A stretch of DNA of 64,000 nt from Mobula hypostoma (Eukaryota). Shown here piece after piece: positions 12,806-25,075 of this stretch. The notes beneath the pieces were generated by a model that was not told where the DNA came from, searched no databases, and saw nothing but the letters and a program-made list of their open reading frames with translations. A program made the translations under genes and the position numbers. Each line of letters opens with the position of its first letter. Positions within the stretch are counted from its first letter, which is position 1. The stretch covers positions 96,288,001 to 96,352,000 of the forward strand of contig NC_086108.1 of the NCBI RefSeq assembly GCF_963921235.1, written 5' to 3'.

Positions 12806-14905
12806 GAAACATAGAAACATAGGAATCTACACCACATTACAGGCCCTTCGACCCATAATGTTGTGCCAACCATGTAACCTACTCGAGAAACTTCCTGATA
12901 TTACCTTACTGCATAGCCCTCTAATTTTCTAAGCTCCATGTACCTATCTAAGAGTTTCTTAAAAGACCCTATTGTATTCGCCCTTATCCGAAGTGCATTC
13001 CACACACCCACCACTCCCTGTGTGAAAAACTTACTTCTGACGTCCCCCTTGTACCTATTTCCATGCACCTTAAAACTATGCCCCCTTGTGTTAACCACTT
13101 CAGCCCTGGGAAAAAGCCTCTGGCTATCCACATGATCATTGCCTCTCATCATCTTATACATCTCCATCAGGTCACCTCACCCTCCGTTGCTCCAAGGAGA
13201 AAAGGCCAAGCTTACTCAACCACTATTGGTAGAATCTCAGGTGGTGGCGAGAGGGTGTACAGGAGTGAGATATGCCAACTAGTGGAGTGGTGCCACAGCA
13301 ACAACCTGGCACTCAATGTCTGTAAGATGAAAGAGCTGACTGTGGGCTTCAGGAAGGGTAAGATGAAGGAACACATACCAATCCTCATAGAGAGATCAGA
13401 AGTGGAGGGAGTGAGCAGCTTCAAGTTCCTGGGTGTCAAGATCTCTGAGGATTTAACCTGGTCCCAACATATCTATGTAGTTATAAAGAAGGCAAGACAG
13501 TGGTTATACTTCATTAGGAGTACGAAGACATTTAGGATATCAACAAATACACTCAGATACTTCTATAGTTGTACTGTGGAGAGCATTCTGACAGGCTGCA
13601 TCACTGTCTGGTATGGAGGGGCTACTGCACAGGACCGAAAGAAGCTGCAGAAGGTTGTAAACCTAGTCAGCTCCATCTTGGGTACTAGCCTACAAAGTAC
13701 CCAGGACATCTTCAGGGAGTGGTGTCTCAGAAAGGCAGTGCCCATTATTAAGGACCTCCAGCATCCAGTGCATGCCCTTTTCTCACTGTTACCATCAGGT
13801 AGGAGGTACAGAAGCCTGAAGGCACACACTCAGCAATTCAGGAACAGCTTCTTCCCCTCTGCCATCCGATTCCTAAATGGACGTTGAATCTTTGGGCACT
13901 ACCTCACTTTTTTTTTTAAGTATACAGTATTTCTGTTTTTTCACATTTTTAAAAATCTATTCAATGTACGTAATTGATTTACTTGTTTATTATTACAGTA
14001 TTATTGATTTTATTTATTATTTTTTCTATAGCATCCACATCCTTCCTGTAATGAGGTGACCAGAACTCAACACAATCCTCCAAGTAGGGTCTAACTAAGG
14101 TCTTATGTAGCTGTAACATTACCTCACGGCTCTTGAACTCATTCCCATGGTTGATGAAGGCCAACACACCATACGCCTTCCAACAACAGTCAACCTGCAT
14201 TGCAGCTTTGAGTGTCCTATGGATATGGACCCCCAAGGTCTCGCCGATCCTCCGCTCTGCCAAGAGTCTTTGCCATTAATATTATATTCTGTCTTTATAT
14301 CTGACCTACCAAAATGAACCACTTCACCCTTATCTGGCTTGAACTCCATCTGCCAATTCTCAACCCAGTTCTGCATCCTATCGATGTCCCACTGTAACCT
14401 TTGACAACCCGCCAGACTATCCACAACACCCCAACTTTTGTGTCATCAGCAAACTTACTAACCCACCCTTCTACTTCCTCATCCAGTTCATTTATAAAAA
14501 TGACAAAGAGGAGGGGGGTTCCAGAACAGATCCCTGTGGAACACCATTGTTCACCGTCCTCCATGCAGAATATGAAGCATCTACAACCACCCTTTACCTT
14601 CTGTGGTCAAGCCAATTCTGGATCCACAAAGCAACTTCTCCTTGGGTCCCATGCCTCATTACTTTCTGAATGAGCCTCGCATGGGGAACCTTATCAAATG
14701 CCTTACTGAAATTCATATACACTACATCCACTGCTCTACCTTTATCAATGTGTTTTGTTACATCCTCAAATAATTCAATCAGATTCGTAAGGTATGACCT
14801 GGCCATGACAAAGCCTTGCTGACTATCCATAATCAAGTTATGTCTCTCCAAATGCTCATATATCCTGCCTCTCAGAATCTTCTCCAACAACTTGCCCACC
14901 ACTGA
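12806..14905 (-). mobile_element. CR1 RT and 3' fragment interrupted by a Rex1-type insertion
   Basis: [53 protein letters not shown]; antisense tail GAAACATAGAAACATAG at 12806. Confidence 0.9.
13222..14025 (+). mobile_element. Rex1/Babar-type LINE 3' fragment
   Basis: WCHSNNLALNV.K.KEL, FKFLGVKISEDLTWS, ESILTGCITVWYG, LLPSGRRYRS..RNSFFPSAIRFLN; AT-rich 3' UTR. Confidence 0.9.
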
Positions 14906-15165
14906 AGCATTTGCAAAGTTGGTCCAGGAACTCGTCACTTATGATCATAGGCCCATGGGGGGCGGGGGGGGGGGGAAGCTGAATACTAGCACAGCAATCC
15001 GATCTATCCCAGTCTCTCCATTTCCTTACAGCCTTGCAGTTTCTTTCTTATTTCCATGCATGATCCACACTAAGTCACCCAATCTTCTCCTGGTATCCGT
15101 CATAACATCATCAGACATGTCGTGCATGTTCCCAACCTGGTGCGGGAGGATTCACAGCATAACTT

Positions 15166-15679
15166 AGTCATAGTCATAGTCATACTTTATTGATCCCGGG
15201 GGAAATTGGTTTTCATTACAGTTGCACCATAAATAATAAATAGTAATAAAACCATAAATAGTTAAATAGTAATATGTAAATTATGCCAGGAAATAAGTCC
15301 AGGACCAGCCTATTGGCTCAGGGTGTCTGACCCTCCAGGGGAGGAGTTGTAAAGTTTGATGGCCACAGGCAGGAATGACTTCCTATGATGCTCTGTGTTG
15401 CATCTCGGAGGAATGAGTCTCTGGCTGAATGTACTCCTGTGACCACCCAGTACATTATGTAGTGGATGGGAGATATTGTCCAAGATGGCATACAACTTGG
15501 ACAGCATCCTCTTTTCAGACACCATCGGGAGAGAGTCCAGTTCCATCCCCACAACATCACTGGCCTTATGAATGAGTTTGTTAATTCTGTTGGTGTCTGC
15601 TACCCTCAGCCTGCTGCCCCAGCACACAACAGCAAACATGATCGCACTGGCCACCACAGACTCGTAGAACATCCTCAGC
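15166..15679 (-). mobile_element. Rex1/Babar-type LINE 3' fragment with (CTATGA)n tail
   Basis: FYESVVASAIMFAVVCWG..HPLH..RKSFLPVAIKLYN; close sister at 54325-54925. Confidence 0.88.
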
Positions 15680-15699
15680 AACTTTCCTTGGAGACCGGA

Positions 15700-16090
15700 T
15701 CTGGGAGCACAACCAGAGGCTTCAGAGGGTCATAGACTCAGCAAGTCCGTCATGGGTTTTAGTCTCCCCACCATCAAGGGCATCTTCAAAAGGCAGTGCC
15801 GCAAGAAGGTGGCATCCATCTTGAAGGGCCCTCACTACCCAGGACATGCCCTCTTCTCATTACTACCATCAGGGAGAAGGTACAGGAGCTGAAGAAACAC
15901 ACTCAATGTTTTCGTAACAGCTCCTTCTGCTCTGCCATCAGATTTATGAATGGGCAATAAACTCATCAATGATACTTTCCTCTTCCTTGATTTTTTAAAT
16001 AGTAACATATAGTAATTTGTTACGCCTGCACTGTACTGCTGTCACAAAGCAACAAATTCCTTGACCTACGACAGTGACGATAAACTCTGT
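15700..16090 (+). mobile_element. Rex1/Babar-type LINE 3' fragment
   Basis: Nucleotide similarity to 13700-13890 (CATGCCCTCTTCTCATTACTACCATCAGG). Confidence 0.75.
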
Positions 16091-16819
16091 CCTCAGCCTG
16101 GTGGGCCTCTGCGCTTGCCAGAGAGAGCTGGGCATCTGGGTTTCTCAAGCACCTGCATTTACTAATTGTTGTCTTCATTAGAGTCTGTTTAACCTTGTCA
16201 GGGTAATTATTACTGGCATGGGGTTTCCGCATTCTGTGATTTTCTTAATGTGGACCTCCCTCACCCCCAATTAACCCTTATAGCAGGGTCCTTGTACGTG
16301 TGTGTGTTTTGAGAATGATTCGCCTCACGGTGTCACTCAGTCAAACCGCCCAAGTCCAGTTGGCGTTCGGTGAATAAACTCTTGTCTCTGTCTCAGCATG
16401 GGAGTTTGTTGTTGCTCCGTACCTGGGTTCAGTCGTCTGTCAGCGCACATCGTGGCAACCTGGTACTGAGTCTCTGCTTCTTCACCATAGGATCGTCCCC
16501 AGATACCTACCCCAACTCTCCCAACTCACTGCTCACCACTGCATCCGGCACTGAATTCTCAAATACAGCTCCTCCCCAGGTCACGGCTGGGCTCTAGACA
16601 GTTCGCAGGTTGGAAGTGTGGACGTGAACTGAATTCCCAGCTGGCAGAGAATGTTCGGGAGTCTGGCAGGTGAATTTGCCTTGCAGCAGCCAGAAAATCC
16701 TTCTTGCCAGCCTTCCAAACACTCAATCATCGGTACAAGCAGTATGTAAGTCCGTGTTTGTAACCCGGAGGGGACCTGTAAGTCGCTTACTCTACTGTAA
16801 ATTCAGTGTGTAGCAGGTG

Positions 16820-17275
16820 GAACTGAAATTGGTTTATCATTGTCACACGTACCAAGATATAGCGAAAAGCTTAACTTGCGTACTCTTTGTACAGATCAAT
16901 TCATTAAATACTGAACTGAGGTAGAACAAACTGTCACAGTAACAGATACAGAGAAGCACAGTGCAGGTAACCTGCAAGATCATGACGAGGTAGACCGTGA
17001 GGCTGGAAGTTAAAATCATTGCATAAGAGAAATGTTCAAGAGCCTGACAACAGGGGGATAGGATCTGTCCTTGATCCTGGAGGTACGTGCCTTCAGGCCT
17101 CTTTAACCTGCTCGATGGAGAGTGGAGAAGGGAGTATGTCTGGGGTGGGTGGGGGGGGGGGTCTTTCATTACGCTGCCTGCTTTACTGAGGTAGTGAGTA
17201 ATCTAGACAGAGTCCATGGAGAGGTAGCTGTGGTGTGTCGAGCTGTGTCCACCACTCTCTACAGTTTGTTGTGGT
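16820..17275 (-). mobile_element. Rex1/Babar-type LINE 3' fragment
   Basis: Similar to 9390-9905. Confidence 0.7.
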
Positions 17276-17764
17276 CTGACTGCAGCGGGAATCGAACACA
17301 AGTCACTTAACGCTAAATGTGCTGCCCAACTAAATCCCAGCAGATGGGATCCAATTCCCCGTATCCACCTGTGGATGCACTGCAGATTTACACATCCTTC
17401 TCAGTGGCTTTGAGAGCCCTCCCCCTCCCCTACCTGAAACCCCCATGGCAGCCCATGTTCACCTTACAACTGCGGCTGCCGCAGGGTGTATTCCCTTAAG
17501 GACCAACGCTCATCACTGTCTTCTTCATAGCAAAGTACTGGATGATGTGTGAAATTTAGCAAGGTCCCAATGGAAATAATGCAAATCCTGTTTTAACACC
17601 AGTTTCTCTCTGTATTGCAGCTGAACTCCACCTTAAACTGGATTTTAGCCATCTTTGCAGTCTTATGCACGGAACCAGATTACACATTGGCACAGAACTT
17701 ACACGCACTTCTTAAATACTGACAGCACTTAAGAAGTATCTAGATGAGTGATTAAATCGAGAGC

Positions 17765-18035
17765 AAAACACAAGATGTGGAGGAACTGAGTGAGTCAGGC
17801 GGCATCTATGAAGGGGAATGGACAGTCGAGATATGGGTCGAAACCCTTTATCCAGACTGAAATATAGAGTGGAGATAGCCAGTAAAAAGGGATGGAGGGA
17901 CAAGGTGGGGGAGCAGGGTAGGGGATGGGGGATTCTGGTAAGGAGGAGTCATCGGTAGATGGAAGAGGGGAAAGTGGGTATAGTGCCAGAAGCTGGGAGA
18001 TAATAGGTGGAGGCAACAAGGGGCTGAAGGTGATG
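17765..18035 (-). mobile_element. Penelope-like tail fragment
   Basis: Antisense of a 5560-5810-type sequence with a decayed hammerhead motif. Confidence 0.65.
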
Positions 18036-18036
18036 A

Positions 18037-18404
18037 AACACGCACTCACACATACACACACTCACAATACGTCACACACACACATACACACAATTCATCA
18101 CACACACACATACATACAATACATCACACACAGACACACACAATACACCATATACACACATACATACATCACACACACATACGTCACACACACATACAAT
18201 ACATCACACACACACAGACACACACATACACACACACATACAATACATCACACACACACATACACACAATTCATCACACACACACATACACACAATTCAT
18301 CACACACACACATACATACATCACACACAGACACACACAATACACCATATACACACATACATACATCACACACACATACATCACACACATACACACACAA
18401 TACA

Positions 18405-18437
<33 letters not shown>

Positions 18438-18478
18438 AAACATCTCTCACACACACACATGCACACACACACAATACA

Positions 18479-18515
<37 letters not shown>

Positions 18516-18730
18516 TACACACACAATACATCTCTCTCTCTCACACACACATACACACAATACATCACACACACATACAATACATCACACACATACACAA
18601 TACACCTCTCTCTCTCACACACACACACATACACACAATACATCACACACACATGCACACACACACAATACATCTCTCTCTCTCTCACACACACACACAG
18701 GCACACAGACATACATGCGTGTGCACACTC
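18037..18730. repeat. Compound (CA)n/(TC)n microsatellite with recurring CAATACATCAC sub-units
   Basis: Directly visible. Confidence 0.97.
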
Positions 18731-19297
18731 GTGACAAAACAAATGGCTTTACCCTAGTTCCAGCTCATGTCACTTTATTGTGATGATCTGCAGCTTAAGC
18801 AACACAAATTGCAGATGCGGATTGCTCCCTCCCATTGCCCTGAGCTGACATGTACCAGCATTTCATCTTCAGACATTCACTAACAGACTGCTCAGAGTGG
18901 AGGAAAGCCACAAAAAAAAATCCAAACAAGATTCAACCGAGCTTTTTCTTATTAATTATTGACAGATCAAAATGCAGAAGGTGAAGGTTTAAAAGCCAAA
19001 CCCCTCATTCTGAATGAATCACTCACAACTTGAGCAGTTTTAAAGAAGGCTCAATTGCCCGCCATAACTGGAGCCCTCATCTGTGCCTCATGTTCCTAAA
19101 AAAGGTCTTCAGAGTCTGTCATTTTTATTGTTACCACAAAATGTTTAAGAGTATGCAATTTCCATCAATCCCAAAGTGCAGCTCAGAATTCACAGACCCA
19201 CCATACCAGGCCAGTTATGTATTGGGACCATCCATCTATGCCTCCTGTACTTAATAAACTGGTCATTGAATGTGTGTTCATGGTCTGAATGCATAGG

Positions 19298-19910
19298 CGG
19301 GAGGAGAAGATGGCAGCACGTGCGCGTGCGCAGCCCTCCGGTGAAAAATGATATTGTATCTGTTAAATAGGGGCCGTGGACAATTCTGATTTGATGGAGA
19401 ATGGACGTGAAAACACAGAGGAACATCTGGAGAAATTTCTGAAACGCCCGTTCGCTGCTGTTGTTACTGTGTGGTTGGGAATCTTTCGGAGGGTAGGCCT
19501 CAAAATCCCCGGCCTTGCCTGCTTTTGGCGACAAAGAAGGAGGTCGAATCGTTCGGACAGAGATGGCGCTCAGTACTCGGTGTCGGAGAGCTGATCAGAG
19601 CTCGAAGTTTTCGGATGACTCAGAGTCGGATTGTGATCGGCACGACAGGGAGAGTTCTTCCTTCTCCCATCTGCGTGAGATGTGGGACATTTGAGAAACT
19701 TTGAACTTTACTGTGCTCATGGACTTCTTCATCAAGTTATGGTATTGTTACACTGTTTGTAACTATATGTTATAATTAAGTGGTTTTGTCAGTTTTTTTA
19801 GTCTTGGTTTGTCCTGTGTTTTGTGATATCACACCGGAGAAAATAATGTATCATTTCTTAATGCATGCATTACTAAATGACAATAAAAGAGGACATGTCT
19901 TCATAATCAT
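19298..19910 (+). mobile_element. Non-autonomous LINE-derived element (AAGATGGC head, LINE-like tail)
   Basis: Colinear with 29271-29920 at head (GGAGAAGATGGC), middle (GCTCGAAGTTTTCGGA) and tail (ATGCATGCAT..AATGACAATAAA..CATAATC). Confidence 0.75.
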
Positions 19911-19914
19911 ATTC

Positions 19915-20175
19915 ATTTGAATGAAGATGAAGAAGAATTTCTTGAGCCAGAGTATGGTGAATCAGTGGAATTTGTTGCCAAAAGCAGCTGTAGAGGCCAA
20001 GTCATTGGGTATATTTAAGGCAGAGGATGATATATTCTTGATTAGTCAAGGCAAGAAGAGATTCAGGGAGAAGGCAGGAGATTGGGGCTGAGAGAGAAAA
20101 TGGATCAGCCATAATGAAATGGCAGAGCAGACTCAATGGGCCAAATTCACCTTCTATATCTTATGGTCTCATGGT
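19915..20175 (+). mobile_element. CR1 3' fragment
   Basis: AATTTCTTGAGCCAGAG..GTGAATC and tail TCTTATGGTCT. Confidence 0.75.
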
Positions 20176-20606
20176 CTTCTGCTGTTGTAGCCCATCTCCT
20201 TCAACGTGTTGTGCATTCAGAGATGCTCTTCTGAACACTACTGTTGTAATGCGTGGTTATTTGAGTTACTGTCACCTTAAACCAGTCTGGCCATTCTCCT
20301 CTGACTTCTCTCATTAACACAGCATTTTCACCCACAGAACTGCCGCTCACTGGATGTTGGTTTATTTTTGTTTCTTGCCCCATTCTCTGAAAACTGTTGT
20401 GCATGAAAATCTCAAATCACCCTGTCTGGCATTAATAATCATTCCACAGTCAAAGTCACTTTGATCACATTTCTTCCCCATTCTGATGCTTGGTCTGAAC
20501 AACGACTGAACCTCTTGACCTTTTGTCCATTGAGTTGCTGCCACATAATTAGATATTTGCATTAACAAGTAGGTGTACAGGTGTACCTAATAAAGTGGCC
20601 ACTTTA
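20175..20606 (-). mobile_element. Tc1-like non-autonomous DNA transposon remnant
   Basis: MGKKCDQSDFDCGMII transposase N-terminus; TIR GTACCTAATAAAGTGGCCACT at about 20583-20603. Confidence 0.8.
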
Positions 20607-20678
20607 TAGTATGAGGCAAGCGGCCATTTGTCCTCGCAGCGCAACCCCATTTGTCACACGTCTTCCTTTACCTGACAC

Positions 20679-22634
20679 GTTGGTTCAAAAAACCATCCCG
20701 CATACATTCCAAGAAATCCTCTTCCTCAGCACCTTTACCAATTTGGTTCACCCAGTCTACATGTAGATTGAAGTCACCCATTATAACTGCTGTTCCTTTA
20801 TTGCACACATTTCTAATTTCCTGTTTAATACCATCTCCGACCTCACTACTACTGTTAGGTGGCCTGTACACAACTCCCACCAGCGTCTTCTGCCCCTTAG
20901 TGTTACGCAGCTCTACCCATATCGATTCCACATCTTCCCGGCTTATGTCCTTCCTTTCTATTGCGTTAATCTCTTTTTTAACCAGCAACGCCACCCCACC
21001 TCCCCTTCCTTCATGTCTATCCCTCCTGAATATTGAATATCCCTGAACGTTGAGCTCCCATCCCTGGTCACCCTGGAGCCATGTCTCTGTGATCCCAACT
21101 ATATCATAATCATTAATAACAATCTGCACTTTCAATTCATCCACCTTATTACGAATGCTCCTTGCATTGACACATAAAGCCTTCAGGCGCTCTTTTACAA
21201 CTCTCTTAGCCCTTTTTAATGCTTGCCCTGGATTTGTCGGCCTGCCACTTTTACTTTTCCCCTTTGTACTTTTTGCTTCTACGCTCACTTTACACCCCTC
21301 TGTCTCTCTGCACTGGTTCCCATCCCTCTGTTGTGAACTAACCTCCTCACACCTAGCCTCTTTAATTTGATTCCCACCCCCCAACCATTCTAGTTTAAAG
21401 TCACCTCAGTAGCCCCCGCTAATCTCCCCGCCAGGATATTGGTCCCCCTAGGATTTAAGTGTAACCCGTCCTTTTTGTACAGGTCACACCTGCGCCAAAA
21501 GAGGTCCCAATGATCCAAAAACTTGAATCCCTGCCCCCTGCTCCAATCCCTCAGCCACACATTTATCCTCCACCTCATCGCATTCCTACTCTCACTGTCG
21601 CGTGGCACAGGCAGTAATCCCGAGATTACTACCTTTGCGGTCCTTTTTCTCAACTCCCTTCCTAGCTCCCTATATTCTTCTTTCAGGACCTCATCCCTTT
21701 TCCTACCTATGTCATTGGTACCTATATGTACCAGGACCTCTGGCTCTTCACCCTCCCACTTCAGGATATCTTGGACACGATCAGAAATATCCCGGACCCT
21801 GGCACCAGGGAGGCAAACTACCATCCGAGTCTCTGGACTGCGTCCACAGAATCGCCTATCTGACCCCCTTACTATCGAGTCCCCCATCACAACTGCCCTC
21901 CTCTTCCTTGCCCTACCCTTCTGAGCTACAGGGCCAGACTCTGTGCCGGAGGCAGGGCCACTGTCGCTTCCCCCGGGTAAGCTGTCCCCCCCAACAGTAC
22001 TCAAACAGGAGTACCTGTTGTTAAGGGGCACAGCCGCCGGGGTACTCCCCATCACCTGCCTTTTCCCCTTCCCCCTCCTAATCGTGACCCACTTGTCTGC
22101 CTCCCGTGGCCCCGGCGTGACCACCTGCCTTCCACTCCTCTCTATCACCTCCTCGCTCTCCCTGACCAGACGAAGGTCATCGGGCTGCAGCTCCAGTTCT
22201 GTAACGCGGTCCCTTAGGAGCTGCATCTCGATGCACGGCGCAGATGTAGACGTCCGGGAGGCTTGGAGACTCCAGGGCCTCCCACATCCGACACCGAGAA
22301 CAGCAAACTGCCCTCACAGTCATAATGCCCCTCTCCTCAAATAGCAACAGAAAATGAATGTCAAACCTTCCTCGCCTCGCCCGCTTCCGCCTAAGCCCGG
22401 TGAGCCGAAGCCCTTAAGTCTTCACTCTGCTCCCGGCTCACTCCGCCGCCCGCAAACTATGCTGCCCGCTCTCTGAGGCTCTGTTCCTTTTAAATCTGCC
22501 GCGCTGCACTGCCCGACGTCACACGCCTGCGCAGTCCCGCCTCTCAGAAAGCCGTTGGAGAAAAAAAAAATAACGAAAATTTCAAAAATCTCTTTCTCGG
22601 CACTCCCACTCAGACTCTCAGACTCCTTCTTCAA
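20679..22634 (-). mobile_element. Inverted 5' portion of second young CR1 copy (5' UTR, ORF1, endonuclease part of ORF2)
   Basis: Reverse complement of about 34860-36840. Track ORFs 21390-22226 and 20668-21384 nearly match the full-length copy. 2-bp deletion in the zinc finger and 27-bp in-frame deletion in the ORF2 N-terminus. Confidence 0.96.
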
Positions 22635-23686
22635 ACCTTTTCAGAATGGCAGGCGGTGACTAGTGGGGTACCGCAAGGCTCAGTGCTGGGACCCCAGTTG
22701 TTTACAATATATATTAATGACTTGGATGAGGGAATTAAATACAGCATCTCCAAGTTTGCGGATGACACAAAGCTGGGTGGTCAGTGTTAGCAGTGAGGAG
22801 GATGCTAAGAGGATGCAGGGTGACTTGGATAGGTTGGGTGAGTGGGCAAACTCATGGCAGATGCAATTTAATGTGGATAAATGTGAAGTTATCCACTTTG
22901 GTGGCAAAAATAGGAAAGCAGATTATTATCTGAATGGTGGCCGATTAGGAAAAGGGGAGGTGCAACGAGACCTGGGTGTCATTATACACCAGTCATTGAA
23001 AGTGGGCATGCAGGTACAGCAGGCGGTGAAAAAGGCGAACGGTATGCTGGCATTTATAGCGAGAGGATTCGAGTACAGGAGCAGGGAGGTACTACTGCAG
23101 TTGTACAAGGCCTTGGTGAGACCACACCTGGAGTATTGTGTGCAGTTTTGGTCCCCTAATCTGAGGAAAGACATCTTTGCCATAGAGGGAGTACAAAGAA
23201 GGTTCACCAGATTGATTCCTGGGATGGCAGGTCTTTCATATGAAGAAAGACTGGATGAACTGGGCTTGTACTCGTTGGAATTTAGAAGATTGAGGGGGGA
23301 TCTGATTGAAACGTATAAGATCCTAAAGGGATTGGACAGGCTAGATGCGGGAAGATTGTTCCCGATGTTGGGGAGGTCTAGAACGAGGGGTCACAGTTTG
23401 AGGATAGAGGGGAAGCCTTTTAGGACCGAGATTAGGAAAAACTTCTTCACACAGAGAGTGGTGAATCTGTGGAATTCTCTGCCACAGCAAACTGTTGAGG
23501 CCAGTTCATTGGCTATGTTTAAAAGGAAGTTAGATATGGCCCTTGTGGCTACAGGGGTCAGGGGGTATGGAGGGAAGGCTGGGTTCTGAGTTGGATGATC
23601 AGCCATGATCATAATAAATGGCGGTGCAGGCTCGAAGGGCCGAATGGCCTACTCCTGCACCTATTTTCTATGTTTCTATGTTTCTA
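22635..23686 (+). mobile_element. Sense 3' portion of second young CR1 copy (RT C-half and tail)
   Basis: Matches 38181 to about 39237; +1 insertion near 22781; ends in TTTCTATGTTTCTATGTTTCTA. Confidence 0.96.
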
Positions 23687-24029
23687 AACTCCTTTCTCTC
23701 TCAAATGCCCCTTGCATTATTTCAAAGTTCAGAGTAATTTTACTATCCAAGCGCATATACGTTACCATATACTACAAGCAATTACCGGGGAAAAAGAAAT
23801 TCAATAGAATTTTACAAAAAACTATACATAAACAGACAAAGACTGACAAACACTAATGAAGACAAACTGCAAATGAAAATAATACTGCGAACAAGAATTA
23901 TAAAGAGTCCTTGAAAGTGAGCTGAAAATGGCACATGCCTTCACTGAAAGATTATTTATAGAACAGAACAAACCACTATCACATCATCAGGACTGGAAAG
24001 GAAAGGGGAAGAAGTTAAAGCTTTTGGTA

Positions 24030-24370
24030 ATCCCCCCCATTCTCTCTTTTTCCATTCCCCATATGATTCTCCTCTTACTCCTTCTCTTTTTCTCACCTGT
24101 CCATTACCTCCCCCTGGTTCCCCCTTCTCCTCTTTCTTCCGTAGCCCACTCCCCGTCTTATCAAATTCCTTATTTTTCAGCCCTTTACCTTTTCCACATT
24201 ACCTGCCTCTGTGTACTCTGTTGCCCCCAACCTTCTTATTCTGACTTCTTCCCCCTTCCCTTCCAGTCCTGTTGAAGGGTCTTGACCCGAAATGTCAACC
24301 GTTTATTCCCCTCCACAGCTGCTGCCTGACTTGCTGGTGCTCCTGCAGTATTTTGTGAGTGTTGCTCAAA
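24030..24370 (+). mobile_element. Penelope-like tail fragment
   Basis: Pyrimidine tract, CCAGTCCTGTTGAAGGGTCTTGACCCGAAATGTC, GCTGCCTGACTTGCTG. Confidence 0.75.
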
Positions 24371-24589
24371 TTGTGCAGGGCTGATTTGTTGTTTTTAAAT
24401 ATCTAGTATCAGAGACACTTCAAAAGGCATTAGAATTGCTATAGAATGATACTGCTTGGAAACAGGCCTTTTGGCCCAACAAGGCTATACAGTCCTTTGG
24501 GCACCCATTTACTAATCTTACGTTAGTCCCATGTAATTTCCCTACGTTCTCATCACTTTTCATTGATTCCACCAGTTGAAAACACACTG

Positions 24590-25075
24590 GGGGCAATTTA
24601 CAGCAGCCAATTAAACTACAGTGTGGCGCGTGGCCATGTGGTTAGGGCATTGGACTAGCGATCTGAAGGTCGTGGGTTCGAGCCTCGGCCGAGGCAGAGT
24701 GTGTGTCCTTGAGCAAGGCACTTAACCACACAATGCTCCAGTCTACCCAGCTGAGAATGTGTACTGGCAAGATGCTGGGGATTAACCTCGCGATAGACTG
24801 GCGTCCTATCCGGGGGTGGGGAGAGTCTCGTACTGTCAGTCGCCTCACCCCACAGAAACCGGCATAAGCACCGGCCTGATGGGGAACAAGGCTCGTGACA
24901 GTCTTTAATCTAATTAAACTACCAATTGGCAAGTTTTTGGGATGTGGGGGGGAAACCAGAGTAGCCCGGGTAAATCCATGCAAATGAAGGGAGAACTTGC
25001 AAACTCCACACAGACAGGACCGAGGTTCATGATGGATCCCGAGTCTCTGGAGTTGTGGTGCAGCAATTCTCCTAG
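24590..25075 (-). mobile_element. V-SINE (host of the nested SINE)
   Basis: Antisense V-domain resumes after the TSD: GGGATGTGGGGGGGAAACCAGAG..GGAGAACTTGCAAACTCCACACAGAC. Confidence 0.8.
24620..24911 (+). mobile_element. tRNA-derived SINE with CORE-like central domain, nested in an antisense V-SINE
   Basis: A box TGGCCATGTGG, B box GGTTCGAGCC, GTGTCCTTGAGCAAGGCACTTAACC; 11-bp TSD AATTAAACTAC at 24609-24619 and 24912-24922. Confidence 0.9.

Noticed and set aside
16420..16460. Minus-strand GCCACGATG..CAG|GTACGG as a first coding exon
   Set aside because: Only 9 codons, and the nearest acceptor-like site (about 16143) gives an immediate stop; too little support.
17925..18742. 269-aa His/Thr-rich ORF and Cys/Val-rich antisense ORFs
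   Set aside because: Translations of the (CA)n microsatellite, which lacks stop codons by composition.
24620..24700. tRNA gene
   Set aside because: The A/B boxes continue into a SINE body with a TSD, and there is no convincing acceptor stem or terminator.
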